The notes under the pieces were generated by a model that worked only from the letters and a program-made list of their open reading frames with translations, was not told the DNA's origin and did not search any database. 64,000 nucleotides of DNA from Orbicella franksi (Eukaryota), in NCBI GenBank assembly GCA_964199315.1, contig OZ116703.1, forward strand, positions 992,001 to 1,056,000, given 5' to 3'. Positions 21,687 through 35,149 of the stretch are shown here, one piece after another. A program made the translations under genes and the position numbers. The first letter of the stretch is position 1. Every line of letters begins with the position of its first letter.

Positions 21687-22703
21687 CGGTCATTTCGCCC
21701 CAACCAAAAGTCATTTCGCCCCATAATCGAAGTCACTTCGCCCCATACAAAAGTCACTTCGCCCCATACAGAAGTCACTTCGCTCCATGTAAGAAACTAG
21801 TGAAATTTGTCGTGAACTTTTCGTTTTGATGTTGGAGTTGGAATGATTTTGAACTTGAGACTTATGTCAGTTCAGATTATTAACTACTGCAGCTTCCAGT
21901 CACGTTCGTTTAAATACGCTTGGTAACACTAAATATCATTTCGTTGGATTACTTTCTTCATCACGAATTCTTACACGTTGTAATCCCTCAAAATACACTA
22001 AACATCACTTCGTTCGATTACTTTCCTCAACACGAATTCTTATCCGTTGTAATCCCTCAAACCCCGTTAATGCACGGGAACTTGAACTGTTCTTGTTAAT
22101 TCTTATCGTTATCGGCCTCTAGTTTTGCTTACTCAAGAGAAACGACTTTCGGTAAATGTTGTCTCACTTTTACCGCGCGTAATTGGTTGAAAACTTGCCA
22201 TGAAAACGCAGCAATGACGTACGCTTCAAATTTCAGGACTTTATAGCGATGAAGCACTGCTAATCTTTTGCTTTGTTCTTGTTCTTTTACTTTAAACAAT
22301 AATTTTAGAAAAGGGAGCTTTTGGAAAAGATTACGAGTTTGAATAAAGATAAGTTTGCATAAATTATTCGGCTTTTTCTATGATTTTATATTTTTATCAA
22401 AAGAATTGTCACGTTTTTATTTTTTTTTTCCTGTATTCTATGTATTGCATTGTTGATCATTGCTTTTATTTTATTTGGTGGAGCCGTTTGTTTTTTTGTT
22501 TGTTTGGTTTATCCGCCTAGTCCCTCAGTGCATTCAGGTCAGTAAGAGCAGGCTTTCAACAACCGCTTGGCTGACCGTTCGTTGCCCTCGTATTCGTCCC
22601 ACAAGTTGAACAGTTTGGTCTGGAGGTCGCGGTACTTGTGTCGTTGGATTCTTTTGAGTTTCCTGTCAGACACAAGGCGGATCTGCAGGACTTCTTGAAG
22701 TGA
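21687..22703 (-). mobile_element. Mutator-like (MULE) DNA transposon remnant
   Basis: Minus 22700-22539 reads LQEVLQIRLVSDRKLKRIQRHKYRDLQTKLFNLWDEYEGNERSAKRLLKACSY, resembling animal MULE transposase C-termini. The terminus at 21687 carries ~5 units of (aa)gtca(t/c)ttcgcccc with 23-24 nt period; internal ~68-bp duplication at ~21926-22060. Confidence 0.62.
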
Positions 22704-25700
22704 AAAAAAAAAAAAACGCGCAACTTAAACTGTACTGACGTTTCCGTGTATGGGGGCAGATGCGGGATTTGCTACGGCAGCAAATTTGGTTTTCGAGACG
22801 CGAAAAAACGTTTCTGAACAATTCCAGAAAGATTTTGCTTGCGCAGCTTAAGTTTTATACAAAAACATTTCTGCATTTCAGTTCAAAACTGAAAGGTGTA
22901 GAATTTAAACCTACGTACTATACCTTGATTTGTTTGTGATCCTGAGTCACTCCGCGTCTTAATGGGAGATCGAACCATTGTCAGGCCAATTGGTAACCCC
23001 ATAGAAAACATTCTTGCACAAGACGCGAAAATTATAGCCAACAAGACTAAAAGGAACGTCGACGTTTTCATCTTGTTTGTTAAACGATTGCCAAACTTCT
23101 AGTTCTGTAGGCCTGTGGGTTATAATGAGTCTAATTAATGCTTAGTTATATATAGAGCTTTTCACAATGAAGAACTTAATACAGTTTCCAAAATACCAAG
23201 GAAAGTCAATTCGTTGGTCACCAAGGTAATTATTGACAACTGAAAAGAAACATGGCATTCCACAAATAACTCATAGATTAACTTGGCTCAAGAATAACTT
23301 TGGTATTACACCGCTGGCGTGAAATTAATTGCTGTGATGTGCCGAATTGTTTTGTCCACTTTGTCTGTGCTAGCTTGCCAGCTTAAAGAGCGTTTCAGTT
23401 TGTCGCTCACAAGACGACGAAATTTGCATGTAAGCAGCCTGATGTAATGATTGGCCCAATCACGAGAAAACTGCGATTCTTTTGTTTCAAAATTGTTCTC
23501 TCATTGGTGGCTTTTATCTGGCATCTGCTGGGATCAGAATGCCAGCACCTAAGCTTTTCATCTATTCTACAAATCTCTTGACCACGTGATATTCTCTAGA
23601 GAATGTTTCTTTTATCCATCATAAAATAATTCATTCATATACACGCGACTATTTAAAAATTTGAAAGCAAGAATTCTCAAGAGAATCATCACGTGGTCTG
23701 CAATGGGAAAACAAACCGCCCAAGTTAAAGAAGTCTATAGCGGCCCACAGTTACGGAAGTAAGGTATTCATTACTATACCTTGTCGTTTTTAAAATTGGC
23801 TTACGTTCCGAAGCGTGGGAAGAAATTTGGAAATCGCATGATTTCGAATGTGAACCCTTGCCCCAAATCTAGTGTTTCGAAAATTGCTTTCGCTCAAAAC
23901 GCCGTCAATGGTTTTCCTGCTTCTAGTCCTGTTAGAGAACCATCGCATGGAGTTCTGCAACTAAAATATTTACTCTGATATCGGATTTTGTAAAAAGAAT
24001 ATTTAGAGACACTCAAAATTCTTCCGGTGTAAGTTATACCTAGTTTTCTTGTTTTCAGTGATAAATAATGTTGAAACTCAAAATGGGTACTGTTAAAATG
24101 TACTGTGGTATTTACAAACCTCAATAATTGTCTTATTTAATTGGGAAATTTACTTTACCATTTGGTCTGGAAAAACTGAAACCGGCGTCCTTCGAGTCAT
24201 AAATAGCCGTGAGAAAACAAACAGAGATCTTGCGGCCCTTAAAACTCAAGGTATTTTCAATACCACTTCGAACATTCTTGCACTAAAAGCTAAGATGGGT
24301 TGACAACCTGAGGTATGAAACGTCTGTTTGGCTATCCTGAAACTTCTGATGCTGTTTGCATTTAGCTGTTCAGTATCACTTGTGAGACTTGGCCGTCTAA
24401 AGATCGGAGAACTGTTACGTGACCTTTTTCTGTTGGGTTTCGATCAACTATGGAACCGGAAGGCCACCCCTCACGAGTCACGATCACTCCTCACGCGCGA
24501 CGCCCGTGTAATCGATCGTAAAGCGGACTTTGCTCTCGACCCAGATTCTTGCGACCATTTTGTTTGGGTGCCGATGATACACCCAAAGGGTATACGCCCT
24601 TTGATACACCCTTTAGTTTTTTGGTTTTATACCAACGGTAAGATTATTGAAACAGGGAAAAAAAAATGCTAGTTTGGGGGCAGTTTCGCGAAGTTTTTCC
24701 CTTCTCGGGGAGCTTTTCAATTCCTTTTTTCCAGTAACTGACGCCTAATTTTTTCAAATAAATTATGAAACCGCCTCTCTTTGAAAAAGGTTAGCATAAT
24801 TAAACAGTGACTAATTTGGAGAAAAACTTCACCGGCCGTAAGTTGGAACTTGTCTTTCCGTGAAAGAGAATTAAAGCAATCCTTTGCGGCGAAAAGTAGA
24901 CTTCCTGAAAGTCCTTTTAAATGATAATTCCCTCGCATATTGGAATCGTCGCTTCGCTCGGGAGCGGTGATCAAGCGAAGGATTGACTTGTGGCAGCTGT
25001 AGGCGAAAAGCTCAGCAGAGCTCAAGCTATATTTTTTAACCGTTTGAGTTTTGCCAAGCCCGTGATCTTAACTTAATCAACTCTGATATATATAACAGCG
25101 AAAACCTACCGACACTGTACCTGTCTTGTCCCTTTCAATTTTCAAAGAAGCACGACGCGTCGAAGTGAAAAATCACTAAACTAAATCAGCTATATAGCCC
25201 TTTACAGAGTTGTGTTGTCACAACATATGGCAACCGGGAAGTAATTCATAGCTTTAACTACCTCGTTACAGGACATTTTTCCGACAAATGAATCCCGTCC
25301 CTTTGAAAATACGGTACTTCGCGACAATCACATTTTCATGATTTTGCATAATTGCTCAACAACATCAAAATCAAGAAATTTTCGATTCAACAATGTTATC
25401 CCATACGGATCAAAGATACAAGGTGAGAAAGGGAGTTGAAAAGAAAACGACTTGTCTGTTTCTAAAATTTTTAGCTAGTGTTACAATTGAACTTGCTGTC
25501 GCATAATGGCTGACATGTTTGCCAGAATATGGACAGTTTGATGGCAGGAACAGAGATATATTAAAGGAGAACAGGACTTAAAGCAATACTTATACATCTG
25601 AATTGAACTCAATATATGAAACAGGAGGTCTTAAACTGAGCGATACTTGATTTAAATTGACACTTATTTAATGTCCGGATTTGAAACTTTTATTTTTATT

Positions 25701-26587
25701 ATTAGCATGGCGTGATTTTTTGCGGCTTTCTTTTTTTCACATAGGTTTCGCAACTCATTTAGGAAGCTTCACAAGAATTTCCGATCATAAGGCGGCTCGT
25801 CTTCGATTTGAATTCCTTTTAGAGGAAATCTCGTGAATGAGTCATAGTTTGGACTCCCGTTGTGAGAGACAGGTAATAATAAATCCTGCTTTGTTTTTTT
25901 GATATTAAAAAAATTGAAATTAAAAATTATCACCATTGTGATAGACTTTTTATCATCCTGTTTTGTCAAGTTGGACACCTTTTCAGAGCCGCCCATACAA
26001 TACACTCAAAGCCAGTATATCTACTTCTGTACCCATTATTCTCAGAACGAAATACATACATCCTTTGTCTTTCCTTGTTCAATTCTGTAGCAGAACGTTT
26101 TTTCAAATTTTTAGCATTAAACTAGAAAAGCGAAGATTCTTTTTAACTTTAACATTTATTGAATGATGGAAACCTATTTACACTAGTGTCATACAGAGCT
26201 CAAACAATGGCTGTTTATGTTGGCTTACTTGAAGCAAATGTGCCTTAAAATGTTTTAGTGGACTTAACTGTCTACAACAAGGAAATCAAGACAACTGAAG
26301 TACTCAAAAAAACGTTTTTATTCAAGTCCGGTCGCCGGAATTAATCAGTTCTGTATGAATCGTATGAGCTCCGTCCATGAAGGTTAAATGGACAGGAAGT
26401 TGATATTTTTGTCGCAATGAAAATGGACAAGAACGAATAAATAAGCCGTCGATTTCCGCCGCGATATATATCACTGCTATCATATATATCACATGTGTAT
26501 GGTCTCTTTGTTCATCGTTTGCTTGTCCTTCCAAGAAAATGTCGATTTTACATTGTTTTGAACACAGTTACATTTGCAAAAATATCA

Positions 26588-26874
26588 GGCCCCGTCCCCA
26601 CTAATATAGAAACGCAACACTCACCAGTCATTTTGGATTTGTGGTTGAAGAAAACTCGTGCTGGGAAATCACATGATTATTGTGACGCCATCGTTTTCAA
26701 AACGTTTTCCGTCCACAGGAATTAAAACGAAAATCCGGCGTTTTCAAATTCCTTCGGGTTAAAGAGCGTCTTCGAAAAGCTCTATTTTCGTGACGGATTA
26801 GTGCGGACGGTACGCCTAACCGTAGAAATAAAGCTGCGTTTTAAAATTTCTCCGGCATCGTGTGGACGGGGGCC
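26588..26874. mobile_element. PIF/Harbinger-like MITE
   Basis: TCA|GGCCCGTCCCCAC ... GTGTGGACGGGGGCC|TCA, a 3-bp TSD with GGCC termini. Confidence 0.7.
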
Positions 26875-27694
26875 TCATTCTTGCCTCGCGGAATGAACAA
26901 GAAGGTTAGAAGCCACAGACCAAGTTTAGAAGTTAAATTTAGTACAAAAAAAAATGAAAAAAGAAAGGTTCATATAGGCAAGTCATAGAACAGCTGAAAC
27001 TAACTCATTAACTAAGCAGCATAAGGGAGAGATCTGAGAGATTTGAAAAAGTATTGATCAAAGGTACGTTGTGATCGTCATGTACTTGTTGAGAACACTT
27101 GTTAATATGATTAATAGGCCCAACTCAGAGAACAATTTTTAACTTAACAAAAAATATTAAGTGAAAAAAGCACCGGTCGTTTAATTTTTCTATGTATCGT
27201 TGAAGCAACTATGTCAAAAGATTGCTGCCGTTGTTTCACGCGTGCATGAAAATCTTTTGCAAGCTGTCTCAATAATACTTTTGGGGAAAAATTACGTGCT
27301 TTTTGCGGGATGAAAATAGGCTCTCAAAAACTGAAGAGGATTATAAGTTGAAATATTCTGAAACGATCCAAATATTTGTATATGGTATAAACATCCAATA
27401 AATGTTAAAATAAAATAAAGAAGAACTAATAAATAATGGTGTGCTGAGGATAATTAATATATTTGTCATTTACCATATTTAATATAAGCTGCAGTACTTC
27501 TGCAGATATAGCAATCAACATTGTTTCAATGAAACAGTTTCGGATTTGATATTGAGTCCAAAAATAGGGGATTTTTTTTCTGACTGATTCCTAGATGTTC
27601 TGGTTGTGTCGGGATTTAGATCCAGGTTCCGACTGTGGTGACTGTATTAGTCTGCAATCCACCGACGTTTTTGTTGATGGATAATATTTATATT

Positions 27695-27839
27695 TTATTA
27701 ACCGAGCGCGAAGGCCATATTACGTGAATATAGACCCGAGGTCTTAACAGTACGGACCGTGCGAGGCGAGGTCCATAGAAAAAAAGACTGAGGACCGATA
27801 TTCTTCTAGTATACGGTCCCGCGTAAGTTCGGTTAATAA
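27695..27839. mobile_element. Short MITE (TTATTAACCG/CGGTTAATAA termini), related to 57443-57588
   Basis: Terminal inverted repeats and shared ccgaggtc/ggacc motifs. Confidence 0.6.
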
Positions 27840-29124
27840 GAAATTTATAACACGACTGAAAATGATTAGAAAAAAAAATACCAACGATCATGGACTGGAA
27901 AAACATTCCAAACTTCAAGCGAACGATCCAAGCCGACTAGGCGTGTACCCACTTCTGATGTTAAACAAAACAAATTAGGGAAAAGAGGGTTGAAAGAAAA
28001 AAAAAAAAAGAATACTTTATGTGACAGCAAATTCTTTTAGAAACGTAAACCATAAAACTGCCAGAAAACCAAACTTGAATAGTGATGGTGCGGGATCTAT
28101 TCGGGACAGTGGCCGGTTCAATACTTGAAGAATATTGGACCGGCAATGGAGCAGTCTGATTGGTTAACTTTGGTGATTGGCCCTCTGAAACAACTTAATC
28201 GTGTAAAACCAGTATGCAAAGGATATCAGATATAGATATTACACGGCAGGGTGAAGATATGAATTTTATTTTGGAGTCGTAAAAACAATATTTCATGAAC
28301 GGGTGTAACGAGTGAGTAAAATTTTTTTATTACCTCGAGAAAATAAAATTCATATCTACAAGCCACGTTGTAATTTAGTTTTAATAATACAGGGAAACAG
28401 ACTGTTTGTACAAAACACTGTGAAAAAGCGGGAAAATATGAGTGATATGTAAAAAAACGCCATTCGGGTCCCGAATGTATTGTCGCATGAATTTTACGAG
28501 TGGTAAATTTTCTAGTGACTCTTGTTAACACTCGTGTCAATGTAATAAGTAGAATTATCTTAGGGTAGCTTGCATTGACCTATGTTGATTAAAATTCAGC
28601 TATTTTTTTAGGTTTATAACTCTTTTATCAACTCTAGTTCCAAAGTAATATTTGTTTTTGTTTTGTTTGTTTTCTTTTAACAGCGCAAATGACACGCAAT
28701 TTTAACAAATTTCGTGTCATGAAATTTAAATCAAAATCCCTCGTAAGGGAGCCGAGAGCAGTTTTGAACACAGAGTCTGCGTTCCTCTCGAAAATATGGA
28801 GACTATGGGTAAAGTGACACTGAGATTACCTGAATTTGCATACATTTGAATATAAACATGAATTTTAAACGACAGGTATCAAAGGCTTGTACCAGCTGAA
28901 CAGCTGAAGTGTCATGACATGCGACACAAAATGGAAACGGCAGTGTACTTGATGTACTGGCTTCCCTGAACTGTATTCGACGAATACAGAGCCCTACACA
29001 AAATAATATTCTACAGTCCTCAAGAAAGAGCGTGACCTCGCTTCTCAAGCAGATGGTCACTCAACACTAACTTCATATCCCGTTGTATTGTGGTAAATTA
29101 TAAACTACACCCGGCTTTAATACG

Positions 29125-32100
29125 ATGAGCGAATGTGGTCGTCAAATCGACGAATCTTCGCGTCTGGTGAACCCAGTTCTGAACGCTTCGCCGGAAGATA
29201 TTGGTCGAATGGCGGTCGGCAGCATTAAAGTTTACAAAAGAAGGTGGTATATTTTAATGCTTTTTACGCTTCTCAACGCAACAGGGAATATTCTGTGGAA
29301 TACATGGCCTCCAGTTCAAGAGACATGCCAACTGGTGTTTGGTTGGGATAAAACGAACGTGTTGATTATCGGCGCTTTACAAGCGCTTGGTTCAATAATC
29401 AGCATAGTGCCGTCCGCATGGCTTTTGGACACAAAAGGTGAGCAGTAAGCAAGTTTATTCTCATTTTTTCCTTTGTTAAGCCTTGTGTAAAACGACATAA
29501 CTTTGGAAGAATCGTCTAAAGCGATCGACCGGCATATTTGTTGATATTGTTGAACAGGATAATTTGAACGAGTTCGCTCATGTTATTCTATCCGCATGAA
29601 CAGCTTCTCAACGCGAAAACGGCCTCAGATTTTTAAACGGCGGTGTCTTGTTGTGAGATCGAGTGATTATAAGCTAGCGTGTTCTTTCCTTCACCGTCAT
29701 GATCAAACAGGACAATAATTATAATGAATTCTCTAATTTTCAAGTACGAAATCGAGGGTCCGGCGAAGTCACGAAGGACAATGTTGTACGTTTGAGTTTG
29801 AAAGCTAAAAGAAAATTTGGGTATCAGATCCTAGACTAAGTGTAGCTCCTCCAAGTAACTCTAAGTCCATCGAGCGTGATTCTTAGGAAAGTGGGTGAGA
29901 GAGAAAGAGCTATGTTTTGTCGCCTCTCGGCCATTTTGGCCCAGCCATTTTGGACATTAGCATGCGCTATCTCTGGTCACGCTCACGGGGCTACGCAGCA
30001 AGCGTTCCCGTATGAAGAGCTTTTTTGCATTCTGGCCGCGCGCGTAAAGTGGAGCGAGAACAAAAACTCGTCTCTCGCGCGCTTCAATTTACGCGCGGCC
30101 AAAGTACGGAAAAGCTCTTCCTACCGGAACACTTGCTAAGCAGGCTAGCTAAGGCCTAGTCAGGACACTAGCGACACTAACGACATAAGGAGGACGGTAA
30201 GTTTGCTTTGTGAACGTCTTGACATAATGACACAATAGCAACATAACAGCATGAACATAGCGACATAGGGAAAAAACCTGATCTTTTCCTTATGCTTTTT
30301 ATGTCGATGTTCACGTTGCGACATATATAAGCTACTATGTCGTCATGTAACTATGTCGTTATATCGCTCGTGTGAACAAGGCTTGCGGCTAAAACAGCAT
30401 GAACTTAACGTCATAGGGGGAAAACAGATCTTTTCCTTATGTCGTTATGTCGATGTTTACATTATAAACATAGGCCTCTACTCAAATATCGAAGAGAAAT
30501 ATTTAGAGAATTTTAGAGATATTTAGAAAATTTAGGGATATTTAGTAAAATATTTAGAGACACTAAATTTTAGTAATATTCATGGTTTTTCTGGCTGAAC
30601 CCTATGTTTTCTTCGCTACCATTACTCCGTTCTTTGCCAGAAATAATCTTTTTCAGTGGTTCCCTACTTGAAAAATATATTCCATATCACTACAAAAGCA
30701 CTAAAGCAATAATTTTCTATACCAGCATCCAGCGGATGCTGGTATGAACATCGAAGCGCCAGAATCTTCCTCAAACCCCTCTACTACTGCGAGAAAATTT
30801 TGAAAATTTTGGCCTAGGAAAATAAGAGAAATTTAGAAATTCTTTTAATGATATTTTTTATGATTTTGAGCATTTGCGGAAAGATATTGAGGTGATTTTA
30901 CTTGATATTTCTGGAAAGGCTTAAACCGACATATGGCGATTATGTCGTTATGTCATTTTGTCGTTTTGTCGTTAGTGTGAACTAGGCTTAAGAGAGAAGA
31001 GGGTTGCTCGGAGTCTATTTATATCCAGAGGGGATGATGGTCCGTTATTTTTGGGCCAGTGTTCACCGAACTTTTCCCAGATTTGCTTGTGATGGCAAAC
31101 TACAACATGGTCTGTGACAAACATGAATCTCAAATATACAGGGCAGTTGAAGATATTTATATGAAGACTGATATGCTCCTCAGGATTACCACTGACAAGG
31201 TACGGGGCCTCCGGTGAAAGGAAACGGGGCCTGGTGAACGTAGGTTAGCTCATCAGAAACTGACGCATAATGTTTATACCTCTAGGTATACCCCACAGTA
31301 GATTCATTTCCACAGCCTAGTACAGTAGGCCTACAGTTTCATTCTTTCGTAAACCTCACAGATCGTAATTTCGTCTCCAAGACTAATTTAACTATATAGT
31401 CAAACTCAAACACTTTCCTTGACATTTTTTTTAGGTCTTCGGTTTGCAGTCATATGCTCCATGTCACTTCAAACCATCGCTGTCGTCTGCGAACTCATCC
31501 CGTCCCCTCCCCATGTGAGGACCGCGCTCATCACGTTTGCCGAGTTCTTGATTTCAGTGGCGGTACCCGCTGTACAAAATGCGGGCGTGCTTGTGCTGTC
31601 CGCGACCTGGTTCCCGCCACACGAGCGCATGACCGCCACTGCCATCGCCACACTGGTTTCGTACCTTGGGTCGGCGTTTAGCTATGTCGTGGGTCCAAAC
31701 TTCGTACCCGATGTAGATTATGGCAACTTAACTCATTATCAAACAGGAAAAGGCATCGATATCAACAAATTGAGGAATAACACCACTCCGGAACAAATGA
31801 AATTTCTTTTGACTAGAATAAACGACTACTTGTTCATCGAGGCTGTTTTAGTTGGAGTATTATTCTTCGCGGTGCTGATTTATTTTCCCGCCAAACCGCC
31901 CAGCCCACCAAGCTTGTCGTCCGCTGCCGGGCGCCTAGATTTTGCTTCTGGCGCCAAAACTCTGCTCACAAACCGGTCATTCTGGTTACTGTTGTTAATC
32001 TTCAGTCTCAGTAACGGAGTGAACTGGGGATGGTCTAGTGTCCAGGACCTTATCTTCTCTGGAGTTGGGATTGATCAGAAGACCGCTGGCTGGTTAGGAT

Positions 32101-32698
32101 TTTGGGCTAACGTTGCTTCCCTTCTTGGTATATCCTTTTCTTGGTAAGTTTTTTTCTATAGACTGGAGGAGACTGGAATACCCCAGGTAAAATCTTCGGA
32201 GTGGGTACGCTGTTTAATATGATTTGCACACGCAATTTTAGGCTTAGCTAACATTACAACACTATTTTCTCTTCACACAGGTATGCCGATCGCATTCAGA
32301 GCTTCACCAAACCAATCTTAGTCTTCCTCTTTGTCGCTACAGCCTGTGCTCAAACAGTCCTCTCTCTAGCGTGCGAGGGGGTCATACTTCTAACAAAACC
32401 CGTCTTTTATGCCTCGGGCATCTCACAGGTGGTTCTGTTCTGTGGAACTGTTCCCCTCATCATGGAACTCGCTGCCGAGTGCACATATCCGGTCGCTGAG
32501 GGAATCACGTCCGGTATAATGATCTTATCCGTGTACGTCATCAATTTTGTTTTCTTTATCGCTTTCATGTTTCCGCAAGCGAGCCCGCGATGGATGAACT
32601 GGTTACTAGTCTCCTCGACAGTGGTTTGCACTCCGCTTATAGCGCTGTACAGGGCAAGATACAAACGACTGGATGTGGACGAATCAAAACAGAGTTGA
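29125..32698 (+). CDS. SLC49A4: MFS transporter, SLC49A4/DIRC2-like paralog 1 (479 aa, 3 exons)
   Basis: Exons 29125-29437, 31435-32143, 32281-32698 (1440 nt, in frame). Motifs VYKRRWYIL, WNTWPP, LSATWFPPHERMTATAI, YFPAKPPSPPSLSS, ELAAECTYPVAEG. Confidence 0.85.
30151..30990. mobile_element. Nested MITEs in intron 1 of MFS paralog 1
   Basis: Outer element aaggcctagt...gacataa / ttatgtc...gtgtgaactaggctta. Inner element 30472-30922 with imperfect TIR aggcctctactcaaatatc / gatatttctggaaaggctt. Confidence 0.6.
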
Positions 32699-35149
32699 TG
32701 TCTATGATAGCATCTATGAAAAAAACAATATCTCCAAGCAATGCGGTAAAACGGAAAGTTTAGCCTCACTGGTCACATCTGTACAGATAAATGGTAGTTG
32801 TACACGCTCTTATATAAGTCCCTTTTCTCGATGTCCTTCTTTAGATCGAGGCTCTGTAGGACAGTGAGCGTGCGCATGACACAGAGGCCTGTAGGCCTTA
32901 CGAAACTTATTTGGAGTGAAGGATTTAGAAGGGAGAATATCACCCACGCTTTTTGGAGTATTTGCTACAGAGTGTAATAAAATGACCTTTCTCTACCAGT
33001 CTTCTGTCATGTATAAATCGCTTCTTCTCAATCCCTTTTTTCTGAACCTTCGTTTGTTGTCTCATGACACATTGCCTTATCGCGGGTGCATTGAGACACG
33101 TTTCGAGTCGTGTCATTACTACAGTCGGTAGGTGTGCGTTTTTCCTCTCTCTCTCGCACTCCTTCACCAACCGCATCCGATCCAACTGATATCATTTCTC
33201 AAGGCATAACTTTAAGGTCCTTTAAAAACTTAGGTGAAATGTAGACGCAAGAAAATAACAAAAGAAACGGAGAGGGAAAAAAGGGAAATGGCGTCAAAAG
33301 GGAATGAATTTTTGTAACAACCCGGGCAAGAAAAAAATCAGTTAACCTTTGACTATTAGTCGATAATTATGCACCTAGAAATCTAGAGTGCGGGGCTACG
33401 AGCGACGAAGCCAGCAGTTGGGGCTCGTACGTCGTCAGGATGAAATTAACATGCATCCTTAGAATTAAGCTCTTTAGCCAAACCGCTACATAAACCAAAT
33501 ACTCGTTTTGAGTCAATTGTATGAACTTGTATAGATGTGAATAAGGAGAGTTATTTTTGTTTTATTTTTTTCTGAGCTATCCGCTCACCACCAGTTTACT
33601 TTTTTACGTTCTTCACCTATGTCGCTCATGTATGTCTCAAACCTATTTCTAATTACCTCCCCTCCCTCCTAGAAAGGACTTGACTACAGTCTCAATGAAC
33701 GAGAGTACCCTGGGCACGAGAACAGGTGTATTCACAAGAGCAAATGACAAATGCTAATATCTTATTGGTAAAGTTGTCGTCGACGCAACATGCCGTTTCC
33801 CGGACAATCGTGTGATTCTACAAATATCAATCTCTCGCATTATCTTCGGTATATCTTGCAGCTCAGTCTTCTTTATGGTTAACCATTACATGAATCGGAA
33901 CATTTTAAGCAGTTCTTTGACGCTCAAAGGTTTGTCTTAACGGGTCAACTGTGTTACTGATTAATTTTGCTTTTCAAAACATATAGCGGCGAGCACAGCA
34001 GCGTTCGAAAATACACTGAAGCAGAAACAAACGGTGAGTAAATAACTGAGTTATTTTTAAAGAAAAACATTGTGTGGAAATACAGAACTATAGAGTGGCG
34101 AAAACTGGTAATTGCTTAAGAGATTTCGATTCTGAGGAAAAATAGAAATTCTTATTGTATTAATATCATGTATATGCAATATATTCAGCATATGTAGCGC
34201 AGTTACAAATTCACTGAGCTTGTCTTCTGCTCTCTTTCAAAGTTGCGCCCGCAAGCCGCTTGTAGTTACATTTCTCAAACCGCTTTACAGAGATTTTCCA
34301 AACAAGAAACGGAAAAACATCGATTCATCACAGTTTCAAGAAACAAAATATCCTCATTAACTGTTAAAGCTACATTTAAAGCAAAAGGAAACAGAAAAGA
34401 AAACAAGATCTTTACATGTAAATTGACCTGGATTATGTCGCCGAAATTTCAACAGATTTGTGTGGTTTACAGTGGTACGACAAAAGATTAAATTAAAACC
34501 TGTGTCACCCCAACAAAACTGGAGTTAAATGGTTATTTCAGTTTTAACGAAATGATTTGCACGCGGGCTTAAATTTATTATTTTCTGCAGTCGGATGCGT
34601 CAACACTTCTATACTCTCTTAGTACTACGCTGAATACGCATAGGAGAAAATGGTTCCTTTATCAGATCCTTAACAAGCACAAGTTATTTTCAAGCACAAC
34701 TTGACAAAAGTCATTACCCCAGTGCTAGTTTCGGATATTATACTTCTGTCTCGCCCTCTTGTTTTCAAGCACTTAGGGCCGCAGATTTTACACTTGTAAC
34801 TCCATTTAAAACTCGTTTGCACTCAGGTTTTTACGTAGAAAAGTTTTAGTACTCTGTTAATTTGATCCTGATCGTATGTTTGCTTTTGAGCAGAACTGAT
34901 ATTTACTTAACTCTGAGAACTGCATTGACGGACACAGAAGAATTTCATAAACTTTAGACTGAAAACCGTAAAATCGTTTTATATATATATTTATCTGAAG
35001 CATTGTTTATTATAACTTAGTGAATAAAAACTTATTTAGGAAGGTTAGTAATTGAGTTAGCTCTAATTCCAGTGTGCAATTCTGATGTTTATGTTTAAAT
35101 CTTGCATGTTGCTTTATATAGGCTTATAATCGTAAGATTTCAAGTTACC

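Noticed and set aside
21689-21790. CRISPR-like regularly spaced repeats
   Set aside because: Units are contiguous 23-24 nt tandem copies with no unique spacers, there are no cas genes, and the context is a eukaryotic transposon end.
24328-25025. 114-aa plus and 102-aa minus ORFs in the intergenic region
   Set aside because: No recognisable motifs, no splice connections and non-ATG starts; probably decayed repeat sequence.
33397-33460. Possible pseudoknot (tacgagc/gctcgta with gacga/tcgtc) plus hairpin aggatg/catcct
   Set aside because: Zero-length loop 1 is sterically unlikely, it is single-copy here, and it matches no ribozyme consensus.
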